19,479 nt of DNA from Myxococcota bacterium (lineage in GTDB: Bacteria > Myxococcota_A > SURF-8 > G963663525): positions 1-19,479 of the forward strand of contig CAXXVK010000021.1 of the NCBI GenBank assembly GCA_963676915.2, in the 5' to 3' direction. Every line of letters starts with the position of its first letter. The stretch's first letter is position 1. Shown here piece after piece: positions 1 through 7,875 of the stretch. Below the pieces are notes generated by a model. That model saw only the letters and a program-made list of their open reading frames with translations, was not told the DNA's origin and did not search any database. The translations under genes were made by a program, and so were the position numbers.

Positions 1-717
1 CGTGGCTTTTAGCTGGTCGTCGATTGCTTCTTTGAATGCCAGCAGCCCGGAGGCGTCCTGTTCTCTGTCACGATCATGCAACGAAATCTCTGCCGAATCC
101 CTGGCGGAATTACGGAAGTTACGGGCTTCATTGCGGAAATCCTCGACCCAGGCGGAAAATCGCTCGCGAATCTCCTTGTTGCGTAGGTTGTCGTCGAATT
201 TGAGAAACAGGTAAGGAAAAAAGCCGAAAACCAAGATGAAGCCGAAATGAAAAACATGGTTCGAACTTATCTCGAAGCGACCGAGAAAGACGGACGTAAA
301 CAAAACTTCGAAAATCACGGCGGTAACGATTCCCGCCACCGAAAGATTTCCTTCCAAGAACGCTCCCAATGCCACAAGAGAGATGTATAGCAATGGGTAG
401 AAGGGGGAGTCGGCTTGTCCCGTTAGCAGAAGAATCAGATAGACGGCCGTGATGGGGAGGACGCTGAATTCCGTGCCACGTACGGCGCGGGTTTCTTTGT
501 CCCATTCCAGGCCGAATGCGCGATGAAACCATACCCCTCGGGCGACGATCAACGCCATGGCGGCAACTACCACCGGCCAGTTGGATACGGAAAGAAACCC
601 GGAGCCGGTCAGAACCGCGAGAAGCACGGCGAGCGAAACGCCCCCGAGATTTTCCCAAAGTTGGATGACCGTGGCCCAAAGATCCTGAGATGTGTAATGA
701 ATGCGTGCATTCGCCAT
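1..717 (-). CDS. Multi-TM membrane protein, N-terminal part only (runs off the window); probable sensor region of a signalling protein such as a diguanylate cyclase or kinase
   Basis: Missing from the ORF track because no stop lies in the window. Manual translation from ATG at 717 (GGAG upstream) is open to base 1: MANARIHYTSQDLWATVIQLWENLGGVSLAVLLAVLTGSG...YLILLLTGQADSPFYPLLYISLVALG...FGFFPYLFLKFDDNLRNKEIRERFSAWVEDFRNEARNFR... It has about 5-6 hydrophobic segments, a PilS-like TGxxxSPF motif and a cytoplasmic helical segment. The output domain is not visible. Confidence 0.7.
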   Translation of the reverse strand, partial: MANARIHYTSQDLWATVIQLWENLGGVSLAVLLAVLTGSGFLSVSNWPVVVAAMALIVARGVWFHRAFGLEWDKETRAVRGTEFSVLPITAVYLILLLTGQADSPFYPLLYISLVALGAFLEGNLSVAGIVTAVIFEVLFTSVFLGRFEISSNHVFHFGFILVFGFFPYLFLKFDDNLRNKEIRERFSAWVEDFRNEARNFRNSARDSAEISLHDRDREQDASGLLAFKEAIDDQLKAT

Positions 718-789
718 GAATCGAAACTCCGAAAAAGGTTTACCGGGAGGAAAGCCCCCTCTGATGTCTGTACAAGGTCAAAAACGCAG

Positions 790-1600
790 CTATTCGAGAA
801 CCGCCCCGAAATAGCCTACGGAATAGCCATCGTAGCGTCCTGAAACGTCGGCGCTTGTTGTATATTGAATCTCGCGAACGCTTTTTGCGCCGCGTAACAG
901 GCAGGTTTCGATCATCACAGCCACGGGCAGGACTCCGCACATGGTGATGGAGTGCTCGCGGCAGACATTGTGCAGTCCGTCGGCGTCCATGGCTTTGATT
1001 TTTTCAATCGCCATTGGGTCGTGTCGCTGAAGAATGGCGTATTCGCTTTCATGGCTCATGTCCGAGGAAGCGACGATCAGCGTTTCCCCCTCTGCATTTT
1101 CCGAAACATCGGCCAACGTTTGCGCCAAACGATGTCTTTCTTTTTGTCCTAGAGAGTGCAGACGAATCGGCACGATGGAAACATTCGGGTTACGAAATTG
1201 CAGAAACGGCAGTTGAATTTCGATGGCGTGTTCTTCCGAATGCGCTTGTGCTGCCGGTCGGATGTCGGAAAAACGTTCCGTCAAGGCTCGCCCGAAAGCG
1301 TCGTCCACCGGAATATCTCCCAGCGGCGTTTCCCAACTTCCCTCGGGATATAGTGCGATGGACGGTCCGCCGTAATGATGTGCCGGGCAGAGCACGACCA
1401 CGCGGTCGGGAATACGAACCGAAGCGTAGACTTTCGCGGCTGTCGGCCCGGAATAGGCCCATCCTGCATGAGGAGCCACTACGCCGCAAGCCTGGTTTTC
1501 GAAACATTTCGTCAGGAAACATGCGTTCGAGCGTACGTTTTGCCGCCGAGTTTTCGTAGGGATACCAGCCCTGCAACCCGAAAACCGCTTGTCTACGCAT
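790..1600 (-). CDS. amrB: MEMO1-family protein (AmmeMemoRadiSam system protein B), with an apparent +1 frameshift near 1495-1515
   Basis: Motifs VAPHAGWAYSG, CPAHH, WETPLG, EHAIEIQLPFLQ, ASSDMSH, TMCG and VGY. The true N-terminus MRRQAVFGLQGWYP starts at ATG 1600 behind GAAGGAG in another frame. The span of 811 nt equals 270 codons + 1. Confidence 0.88.
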
Positions 1601-1622
1601 GGTTTTTCTCCTTCCCATGGTC

Positions 1623-2030
1623 CTAGCGTCGTGTGGCAATGGCCAGACGGCTGTAACCTGCTTCCTTGGCGGCGTCCATCACCTGCACCACGGTGCCGTG
1701 GTGCGTTAGTTCATCCGCCTGAACGATAACGGTCGAATTCTGCCTCTCCTTTGCCATTTCCTCGAAGCGTGCCGTCAACTCTTCCAGACTGACACGTCGA
1801 TTTTCGAAAATGATCTCTCCTGCGTTGTTGATCGCGACCACGATGTCATCCATCTGTGAAGGCATGTCCGAGGACGCTGCCTTGGGGAGATCCACTTCGA
1901 TACCGGGAGAGTTGACGAACGAAGTGGTTACGGCGAAAAAGATCAGCAGCAGGAACACCACATCGACCAACGGCGTGATTTCCACCGTGACTTCGTTGCG
2001 TCGGCTACGTTTTTGCGGTCGAAAATCCAC
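1623..2030 (-). CDS. exbD: Biopolymer transporter ExbD/TolR
   Basis: ITPLVDVVFLLLIFF TM segment with the conserved Asp, VDLPKA, IVQAD...HGTVVQVMDAAKEAG. GTG start lies 1 nt after the corrected exbB stop. Confidence 0.93.
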   Translation of the reverse strand: MDFRPQKRSRRNEVTVEITPLVDVVFLLLIFFAVTTSFVNSPGIEVDLPKAASSDMPSQMDDIVVAINNAGEIIFENRRVSLEELTARFEEMAKERQNSTVIVQADELTHHGTVVQVMDAAKEAGYSRLAIATRR

Positions 2031-2031
2031 G

Positions 2032-2648
2032 TCAGTCCTCGTACAGGTATTCGATCAATTCCAGGGAGATTTCTTCCCAATTCCAACGCAAGACGATCCA
2101 CGCGGGAAAGCAGGTAACGGTAGGCGATCAGTGCAGGAATCGCGACGATCAACCCGGCTGCGGTGGTGAGCATCGCTTCCCAGATGCCCGAGGCCAGCAA
2201 TCTCGGATCGCCGACACCTGCCGTTGTGACTTCCTGGAAAACGCGGATCATGCCCGTGACCGTTCCCAGCAAACCGAGAAGCGGAGAAACGCCCGCGATG
2301 GTTCCCAACGCATTGATGTAGCGCTCAAGATCGGCCATGGCGCTCTTGCCGACCTCCTCCATCACGACCTTGAGGCGCTCCCGTGATTTTCCTGCGTGTT
2401 CCAGGGCCGCAAGGATAATTCCGCTAAACGCGCTTTTGTGCTGTTCGCAAAGCGCTTTGGCTTCCGAAACCTTTTCTTCTTTCAACAGGGATTTCAGGTG
2501 GTTAACCAGCCGTTCGGGAATGACACGGTGACGTTGCAGCGAGTAGATGCGCTCGAAAAAACAAGGTCAGAGCCAATACCGCCGCAAGGGCGATCGGCAC
2601 CATGACGACGCCACCCTTGGAGAGAGTTTCTATGAAATCCCAGTTCAT
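2032..2648 (-). CDS. exbB: MotA/TolQ/ExbB proton channel family protein, with two apparent +1 frameshifts
   Basis: Core motifs LGTIAGVSPLLGLLGTVTGMIRVF and GIWEAMLTTAAGLIVAIPA. Removing one base from the A6 run (2556-2561) and one from C3 (2086-2088) gives a 204-aa ORF, MNWDFIETLSKGGVVMVPI...FFERIYSL...LALELEEISLELIEYLYED*. Its start forms an ATGA overlap with the upstream gene's stop. Confidence 0.88.
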
Positions 2649-3229
2649 TTCGCCTCGATTTGTTTCAAAATGTCTTTTTCCAACTTCTTGAGATCGGTAA
2701 CACCGATGTATCCTTTGATCATTTCACCGTCCCGGTTTACGAGAATCGCCGTTGGGATGTCCTGCAAGTATCCGCCGAACGGTGTTTCGATTTCCTGTCC
2801 GTTTTGGGCATCCACGTAAATCGGATAGCTCAGGTGAAATGCCTCGATGAATGGATCAAGCAACGTCCAGCCCTGGGCGTCCAGTGAAACGCCAACGACG
2901 ACAAAACCACGATCTTTGTATTTGCGGTACAGTTCGTCATAAATCGGCGTTAAATACTGGCTCGGTTGAGCGTAGGTGGTGAAATAGTCGATCAACAGCA
3001 CTTTGCCGCGCAACTCGTGAAGCCGGACCATTCGCCCTTGCCGGTTTCTCAGATCCAACCTACCGGGAAGATACGCGCTTCGGCCGTCTTCCGGTTCGAT
3101 TCCCAATCGGCGGCTGATGTCCTCGGAAGTGGGAGGAGCAGAAAACCCACGGGAGCGGGACGATTTCGAAACACACGCCGAAATCGCGAACATCAGCACC
3201 AAAATGCAAAACAACCTGCCAAGACGCAT
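2645..3229 (-). CDS. TlpA/ResA-like thioredoxin-fold lipoprotein lacking the CXXC motif
   Basis: Lipobox-like FAISA-C. TlpA landmarks LRGKVLLIDYF, LYRKYKDRGFVVVGVSLD, LSYPI and IPTAILVNRDG. The active-site position reads FTTYAQPS where the family has FWATWCxxC. Confidence 0.85.
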   Translation of the reverse strand: MRLGRLFCILVLMFAISACVSKSSRSRGFSAPPTSEDISRRLGIEPEDGRSAYLPGRLDLRNRQGRMVRLHELRGKVLLIDYFTTYAQPSQYLTPIYDELYRKYKDRGFVVVGVSLDAQGWTLLDPFIEAFHLSYPIYVDAQNGQEIETPFGGYLQDIPTAILVNRDGEMIKGYIGVTDLKKLEKDILKQIEAK

Positions 3230-3281
3230 GATTGCCGCCCGTCAAAACATGAAATCCATGCACGTAGAATCAATCAAGTAT

Positions 3282-3290
3282 ATTATAGCA
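3282..3290 (-). promoter_or_regulatory. Extended -10 sigma70 promoter for the tlpA-like/exbB/exbD/MEMO1 operon
   Basis: Minus strand reads TGC-TATAAT, a perfect TGnTATAAT, about 50 nt upstream of ATG 3229. The -35 region is weak. Confidence 0.6.
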
Positions 3291-3363
3291 GGTAGCTTTT
3301 TAATTGAACAGGAAATCTTGGAAAGATGGGTTTTTTTATCGAAAATTTCGCATTTTGACGATA

Positions 3364-4758
3364 TCAGTGGCGACGCTTGAGTTTGGCCAAACCGTCGTAC
3401 GCTGCCGTTTTGTAGGATTCCGAAAGGGTAGGGTAGTTGAACACGGCCTCGATGAAGTAATCTATCGTTCCCCCGAAATGCAGCACGGTCTGTCCGATAT
3501 GAATCAGTTCGCTGGCGCGGTCGCCAATGACGTGAACGCCTAACAGCTTCCGGTCGTCGGAGTTGAAGATCAGCTTGGTCATGCCGTCGAGATCGCCGAT
3601 GATCTGTCCTCGGGTATTTTCACTGAATCCGGCGCGACCGACTTCGTAGGGTATCCCTTTTTCCTGGCAGCTTTCTTCGCTTTCGCCCACGGCGCTGACT
3701 TCGGGAATGGTGTAAATGCCGAAAGGTAGAAGGGAGGTGATGCCGTCCTTTGCGTCGAGATCGAAAGCGTGGGAAACGGCTGTGCGACCTTGTTCCATCG
3801 ATGCACTGGCCAGCGATGGAAACCCGATGACATCTCCAGCCGCGTAAATGGTGGGAATATCGGTCTGGTAATGTTCGTTGACGATCAGTTGTCCCCGCTT
3901 GTTGGGTTTCAATCCCAGGTTTTCGAGACCGATATTGCGGGTGTTTCCCTGGCGTCCGGCAGCGAACAGCAAGCTTTCGGTGTTGAAGGTCTGCCCTGAT
4001 TTCAAGTAGATAACCAACTCGTGGTCGTTGATTCGATTCACTTTTTCGATGGCTTCACCCTGCAACAACTGAATGCCCAGTTTCATCATGCCTTCATGCA
4101 GTTTTCCGGCGATTTCCCGATCGAGAAACGGCAGAAGTTGCGGGCGTTCGTCCATAAGAACGACACGTATTCCCAAAGCGGCGAAAATCGTGGAGTATTC
4201 GCAGCCGATCACGCCCGCACCTACAATGGTCATAGAGCGGGGGATGTCTTTCATGTCGAGTACGGTGTCCGAATCGTAAACGCTGGGATCGTCGAAAGGT
4301 AGAAAATCGGGATGCCAGGGACGCGAACCGGTGCTGATGAGAAAGTGCTCGGACGTGACGATTTCCTCGCCTCCAGGACGTTTTACAATGATGGTATGTG
4401 GATCGATGAATTCTCCCCAACCGGGAAGAAGATCGATGCGGGAGCGTGCGCAACGCTGGTAAATCAAATCGATTTCCCGTTGCACGACTTGATGTCGGCG
4501 ATACATAAAGTCCTGGACGGAGATATCGTGTTTGACTAAGTAATTGACTCCATACAAACCCCGAGAACGAATACCGGACAAATATAAAGACGATTCTCGC
4601 AAGGTTTTGGACGGAATGGTTCCCGTATGCACGCAGACGCCGCCCGGTTGAGCGCGGCTTTCGATAATGGCGACTCTTTTTCCGAAATCGGCTGCGAGGG
4701 TCGCGGCTTTTTCTCCGGCGGGACCGGAACCGAGGACGACGAAATCGTAATCATACAT
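3364..4758 (-). CDS. sthA: Soluble pyridine nucleotide transhydrogenase (Si-specific)
   Basis: GSGPAG FAD motif; GGVCVHTGTIPSKTLRE with the CxxxxT signature of SthA in place of the disulfide CxxxxC; GAGVIGCEY; GDVIGFPSLAS; FNYPTLSESYK. The start is probably MYDYD at 4758, with in-frame alternatives up to 4797. Confidence 0.93.
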   Translation of the reverse strand: MYDYDFVVLGSGPAGEKAATLAADFGKRVAIIESRAQPGGVCVHTGTIPSKTLRESSLYLSGIRSRGLYGVNYLVKHDISVQDFMYRRHQVVQREIDLIYQRCARSRIDLLPGWGEFIDPHTIIVKRPGGEEIVTSEHFLISTGSRPWHPDFLPFDDPSVYDSDTVLDMKDIPRSMTIVGAGVIGCEYSTIFAALGIRVVLMDERPQLLPFLDREIAGKLHEGMMKLGIQLLQGEAIEKVNRINDHELVIYLKSGQTFNTESLLFAAGRQGNTRNIGLENLGLKPNKRGQLIVNEHYQTDIPTIYAAGDVIGFPSLASASMEQGRTAVSHAFDLDAKDGITSLLPFGIYTIPEVSAVGESEESCQEKGIPYEVGRAGFSENTRGQIIGDLDGMTKLIFNSDDRKLLGVHVIGDRASELIHIGQTVLHFGGTIDYFIEAVFNYPTLSESYKTAAYDGLAKLKRRH

Positions 4759-4965
4759 GGCAAGTTCCATGGGGTTGGTGTAATTCATTGAAACCACTTA
4801 CAAAGTAAACATTATTTCAATGTGGTCAAGCAGAATGGGAAAAGGCCGTGCTTTTTGATGTCTTTGTGGGAATATTCCGAGGTTAGTTCTTGTTTCCAAG
4901 CGGAGTTCGGGATAAAACCCACAACAAGGTTCGAAACGTTACCTAAACCCATGCAAGGATACGAA

Positions 4966-5853
4966 ATGTCGAATGTGGATTGCCTGGTCTGGAACATTGC
5001 TCCGGAGTTGATTACGTGGCCTGTAACCATACGTTATTACGGGGTGTTTTTCGCCATGACTCTTTTAGGAGGGTTGTATCTCTGGCGTTGGCAGATGACC
5101 CGTGGTGGTTGGCGGGATGATGTCGCCAGCAACTTTTTCATTTATGGCGTATTGGGTGTGGTGATCGGTTCCCGGATCGGGCATTGCCTGTTTTACAATA
5201 CGGACTACTACCTCTCTCACCCGTTGCAGATCCTGTATTTCTGGAAAGGCGGCCTGGCCAGCCATGGTGCCACGGTGGGGTTGGTCATTGCTTTGTTTCT
5301 CTATCACCGTATTTACAGAATACCGTTTATCGAAGTGACGGACCGGTTGGCGATTCCGGCCGCTTTGGCGGCTGCCATGGTACGCATGGGGAATTTTTTC
5401 AATTCGGAAATCGTCGGTCGGGCTACGGACGTTCCCTGGGCCGTCTGTTTTCCCCGATACGATGGCGCAAATATGGTGCCGAGACACCCAAGTCAGTTGT
5501 ACGAATTTTTCGGCGGGTTATGGGTTATGGGGCTTCTTTTTCTGGTCGATAAACTGGCCGGAAAAGAGAAACGACCTCGTGGTTTGATGACAGGAACGTT
5601 TCTGACAGGCTATTTCACGTTTCGATATTTGGTGGAATATGCCAAAGAATACCAGACCTTAACGCCGGATACGATGATTACGATGGGTCAGATTCTATCC
5701 TTGCCGTTTTTGCTGACCGGCGTCGCGGTTCTTCTGTTCGTCTGGCAAAAGGGTGGTTGGCCCCATGGAGATCCAGCCCTGGCGAGAAATCCTCCACTTC
5801 CCGAGGCTCCTGCACCCAAAGCGAAGAAGAAAAAAAGATCGAAAAAAAGATGA
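4966..5853 (+). CDS. lgt: Prolipoprotein diacylglyceryl transferase
   Basis: Motifs IRYYG, GSRIGHCLFY, WKGGLASHG, RMGNFFNSEIVG, RHPSQLYE and MGQILSLP. ATG 4966 is preceded by AAGGA, so the ORF-track start at 4822 is probably too far upstream. Confidence 0.95.
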   Translation: MSNVDCLVWNIAPELITWPVTIRYYGVFFAMTLLGGLYLWRWQMTRGGWRDDVASNFFIYGVLGVVIGSRIGHCLFYNTDYYLSHPLQILYFWKGGLASHGATVGLVIALFLYHRIYRIPFIEVTDRLAIPAALAAAMVRMGNFFNSEIVGRATDVPWAVCFPRYDGANMVPRHPSQLYEFFGGLWVMGLLFLVDKLAGKEKRPRGLMTGTFLTGYFTFRYLVEYAKEYQTLTPDTMITMGQILSLPFLLTGVAVLLFVWQKGGWPHGDPALARNPPLPEAPAPKAKKKKRSKKR

Positions 5854-5976
5854 TCAACGGCTCATGCTTTTTGGCGATTTTCAGCGGTTTTTCTTGGTAA
5901 GTTATTCCCAGTGTGATATTTCCACGATCCAAGAATTCGAATCGTACGCATCTGGCTGGAAGGTCGATCCAAGAAA

Positions 5977-7557
5977 ATGAACGAAACGTTGCCAAAGGAC
6001 AATGAAGCCAACGAGAAAAGCAGCGCCATTTTCTTTCGGACCGATTTGATTCGGAATTTCCGCGACGAGATCATCAGCGGCTTGATCCTCTGGTTCGCCG
6101 TGCTCGGCCTGTTTTCCACCGCAGCAGGCGTTGTAAAAGCCTATATGGCGGGAAAGTGGAGCATCATTGCTCTATATCTCGGCATTTATTTCGTCACGCT
6201 GATACTTGCGATATTTCGAAAGCGACTGTCTTTTCGGCTGAAAACGCTGTTCGGATATACGGTATCCTATGTGATCATCGTTGTTGTCCTGGTTCATTTT
6301 GGACTTGGGGGAGCAGGGATCTGGTTCCTTCTCGCGTTTTGTGTCGTCGTGACGGGATTGCATGGATTCCGGTATGGGTTATTCGCCGTTGGGCTAGGGA
6401 TGGTCACGATTGCCGTAATAGGAACCGGTTGTGTATACGAACTCTGGCCGATGCACGAAAAAGTCTGGTTCGATTCCCGTTCCGGTTATTCCTGGCTTCT
6501 GGGAGGAGCGCTGTTTACCGTGTTGTCCTCGGCGATGGTGATTTGTCCGGGGATGCTTCTGAAGCAACTCATTTCCTTTTTGACGGAACTTCAAGCGAAG
6601 TCTTCGGAATTACAAAACAAATCAACCGCGTTGAAAAACGCCAACCAGGATCTTAAGCACGAAGTCGCCGAGCGCAAAGAAGCACAAGAGGAATTGACGG
6701 AGATGAAAAGCCATCTCCAGGAGTTGGTCGAGCAGAGAACGCGCGAGTTGAGTGAAACGAATCTTAAGTTGGTTCACGAAATTTCCGAGAGAAAAACGGC
6801 CGAACGGCAGCGGGAGGCGATGGAAGTCCATCTGCGGCAACAGCAGAAACTTGAAAGTCTCGGAACATTGGCCTCCGGTGTAGCCCACGAAATCAACAAT
6901 CCGATCAACGTCATAATGAATTATGCGACTCTCATTTCCGATCGTAACGATCGAGACCCGGAAACCATTCAGGAATTCGCCGACGAGATCTTCAAAGAAG
7001 GCGAGCGAGTCGCTACCATTGTGCGGAACCTTCTCACGTTTGCACGCAAAAATTCAGACAGTCACGAGCTTTGTTCCCTGCATTCATTGATAGAAGACAC
7101 GCTTTCTCTGATCAAATCCTCCCTGAAAAAGGAACGGATTGATCTTCGTGTCGAAATCGACCCCAAACGCTACTGGCTTTCCTGTAACCGTCAGCAACTC
7201 CAACAGGTCTTCATGAACCTGGTCACCAATGCGACGGACGCGTTGCATGAACAGGAAGTCCGTTCCGAGCATCCCCGACGTATCGATGTCCGCTGTGAAC
7301 CCACTACGTTTCAAGGAAAAAACCAGGTTCGGATTTCCGTAGTGGACAACGGCCCCGGAATGGATGAAACAACCCTCGATAGGGTCTTTGATCCGTTTTT
7401 TACGACCAAAACAGGTGGAAAAGGCACGGGGCTGGGGTTGTCTATCAGCCATGGAATCATCAAAGATCATGGTGGTTCCTTAAGGGCCGAAAGTGTGGCT
7501 GGAGAAGGCGCTACTTTTATTATCGAGTTGCCAACGGCAGAAAAACCCACGGTCTAA
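5977..7557 (+). CDS. Membrane-bound sensor histidine kinase (NtrB/HisKA-type)
   Basis: About 6 N-terminal TM helices, then a coiled coil. H-box LASGVAHEINNP, N-box QVFMNLVTNA, G1 DNGPGM, F-box FDPFFTTK, G2 GTGLGL. Confidence 0.93.
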   Translation: MNETLPKDNEANEKSSAIFFRTDLIRNFRDEIISGLILWFAVLGLFSTAAGVVKAYMAGKWSIIALYLGIYFVTLILAIFRKRLSFRLKTLFGYTVSYVIIVVVLVHFGLGGAGIWFLLAFCVVVTGLHGFRYGLFAVGLGMVTIAVIGTGCVYELWPMHEKVWFDSRSGYSWLLGGALFTVLSSAMVICPGMLLKQLISFLTELQAKSSELQNKSTALKNANQDLKHEVAERKEAQEELTEMKSHLQELVEQRTRELSETNLKLVHEISERKTAERQREAMEVHLRQQQKLESLGTLASGVAHEINNPINVIMNYATLISDRNDRDPETIQEFADEIFKEGERVATIVRNLLTFARKNSDSHELCSLHSLIEDTLSLIKSSLKKERIDLRVEIDPKRYWLSCNRQQLQQVFMNLVTNATDALHEQEVRSEHPRRIDVRCEPTTFQGKNQVRISVVDNGPGMDETTLDRVFDPFFTTKTGGKGTGLGLSISHGIIKDHGGSLRAESVAGEGATFIIELPTAEKPTV

Positions 7558-7818
7558 AGAAGTTTTCTTTTTTCCGTTGGGCTGGGTGTAAGTCAGCCGC
7601 TGTGATCGTTTTAAGGTCATTATTGTATCCAACGAATCCCGCTTAAACGTATCCCCCACCAATTTCAATAGAACGATTTCCTGAATTTTGTTATGCAACC
7701 TGCATTGCTGTGGCTGTACCTATTCTTGTAGGGGTCACGAATGGTTTAGGACAGTAGACCTGAACGAATGTGACGAAGAAAAAAATCCAAAATTTCTTTT
7801 CTTTGCCATAGGTTTTCA

Positions 7819-7847
7819 TTGACAAGTTAAATCAAAATACATAAAGT
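7819..7847 (+). promoter_or_regulatory. Sigma70 promoter of the dtxR-feoA/feoB operon
   Basis: TTGACA (7819-7824), 17-nt spacer, TAAAGT (7842-7847). RBS AGGAGG at 7861-7866 precedes ATG 7876. Confidence 0.8.
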
Positions 7848-7859
7848 AGGCGCGCCTAA
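7846..7859. promoter_or_regulatory. Putative DtxR/SirR/MntR-family operator
   Basis: Perfect 12-bp palindrome TAGGCGCGCCTA (7847-7858) overlapping the -10 and +1 region. It fits the TTAGG-N4-CCTAA pattern of the staphylococcal Sir/MntR box and lies directly upstream of a DtxR-family gene. Confidence 0.75.
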
Positions 7860-7875
7860 CAGGAGGTCGAATAGC

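Noticed and set aside
2-843. ORF-track calls 2-214, 9-257, 128-679 and 523-843
   Set aside because: Off-frame or antisense shadows of the real minus-strand gene starting at 717.
1190-1639. 149-aa minus-strand ORF
   Set aside because: Only the segment from ATG 1600 to about 1500 is real (the MEMO1 N-terminus). The rest is out-of-frame read-through after the frameshift.
1490-2565. Programmed ribosomal frameshifting in exbB or MEMO1
   Set aside because: No canonical slippery heptamer with a stimulatory structure was seen. exbB would need two independent shifts, and these families are not known to be recoded.
2955-2980. Selenocysteine in the TlpA-like active site
   Set aside because: No in-frame TGA; the codons are GCT and AGC.
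7558-7818. Possible sRNA, riboswitch or small ORF (7480-7698) in the gap before the feo operon
   Set aside because: No recognisable RNA family motif or stable structure by eye, and the ORF lacks protein-like features. An Infernal/Rfam scan would be needed to exclude an RNA.
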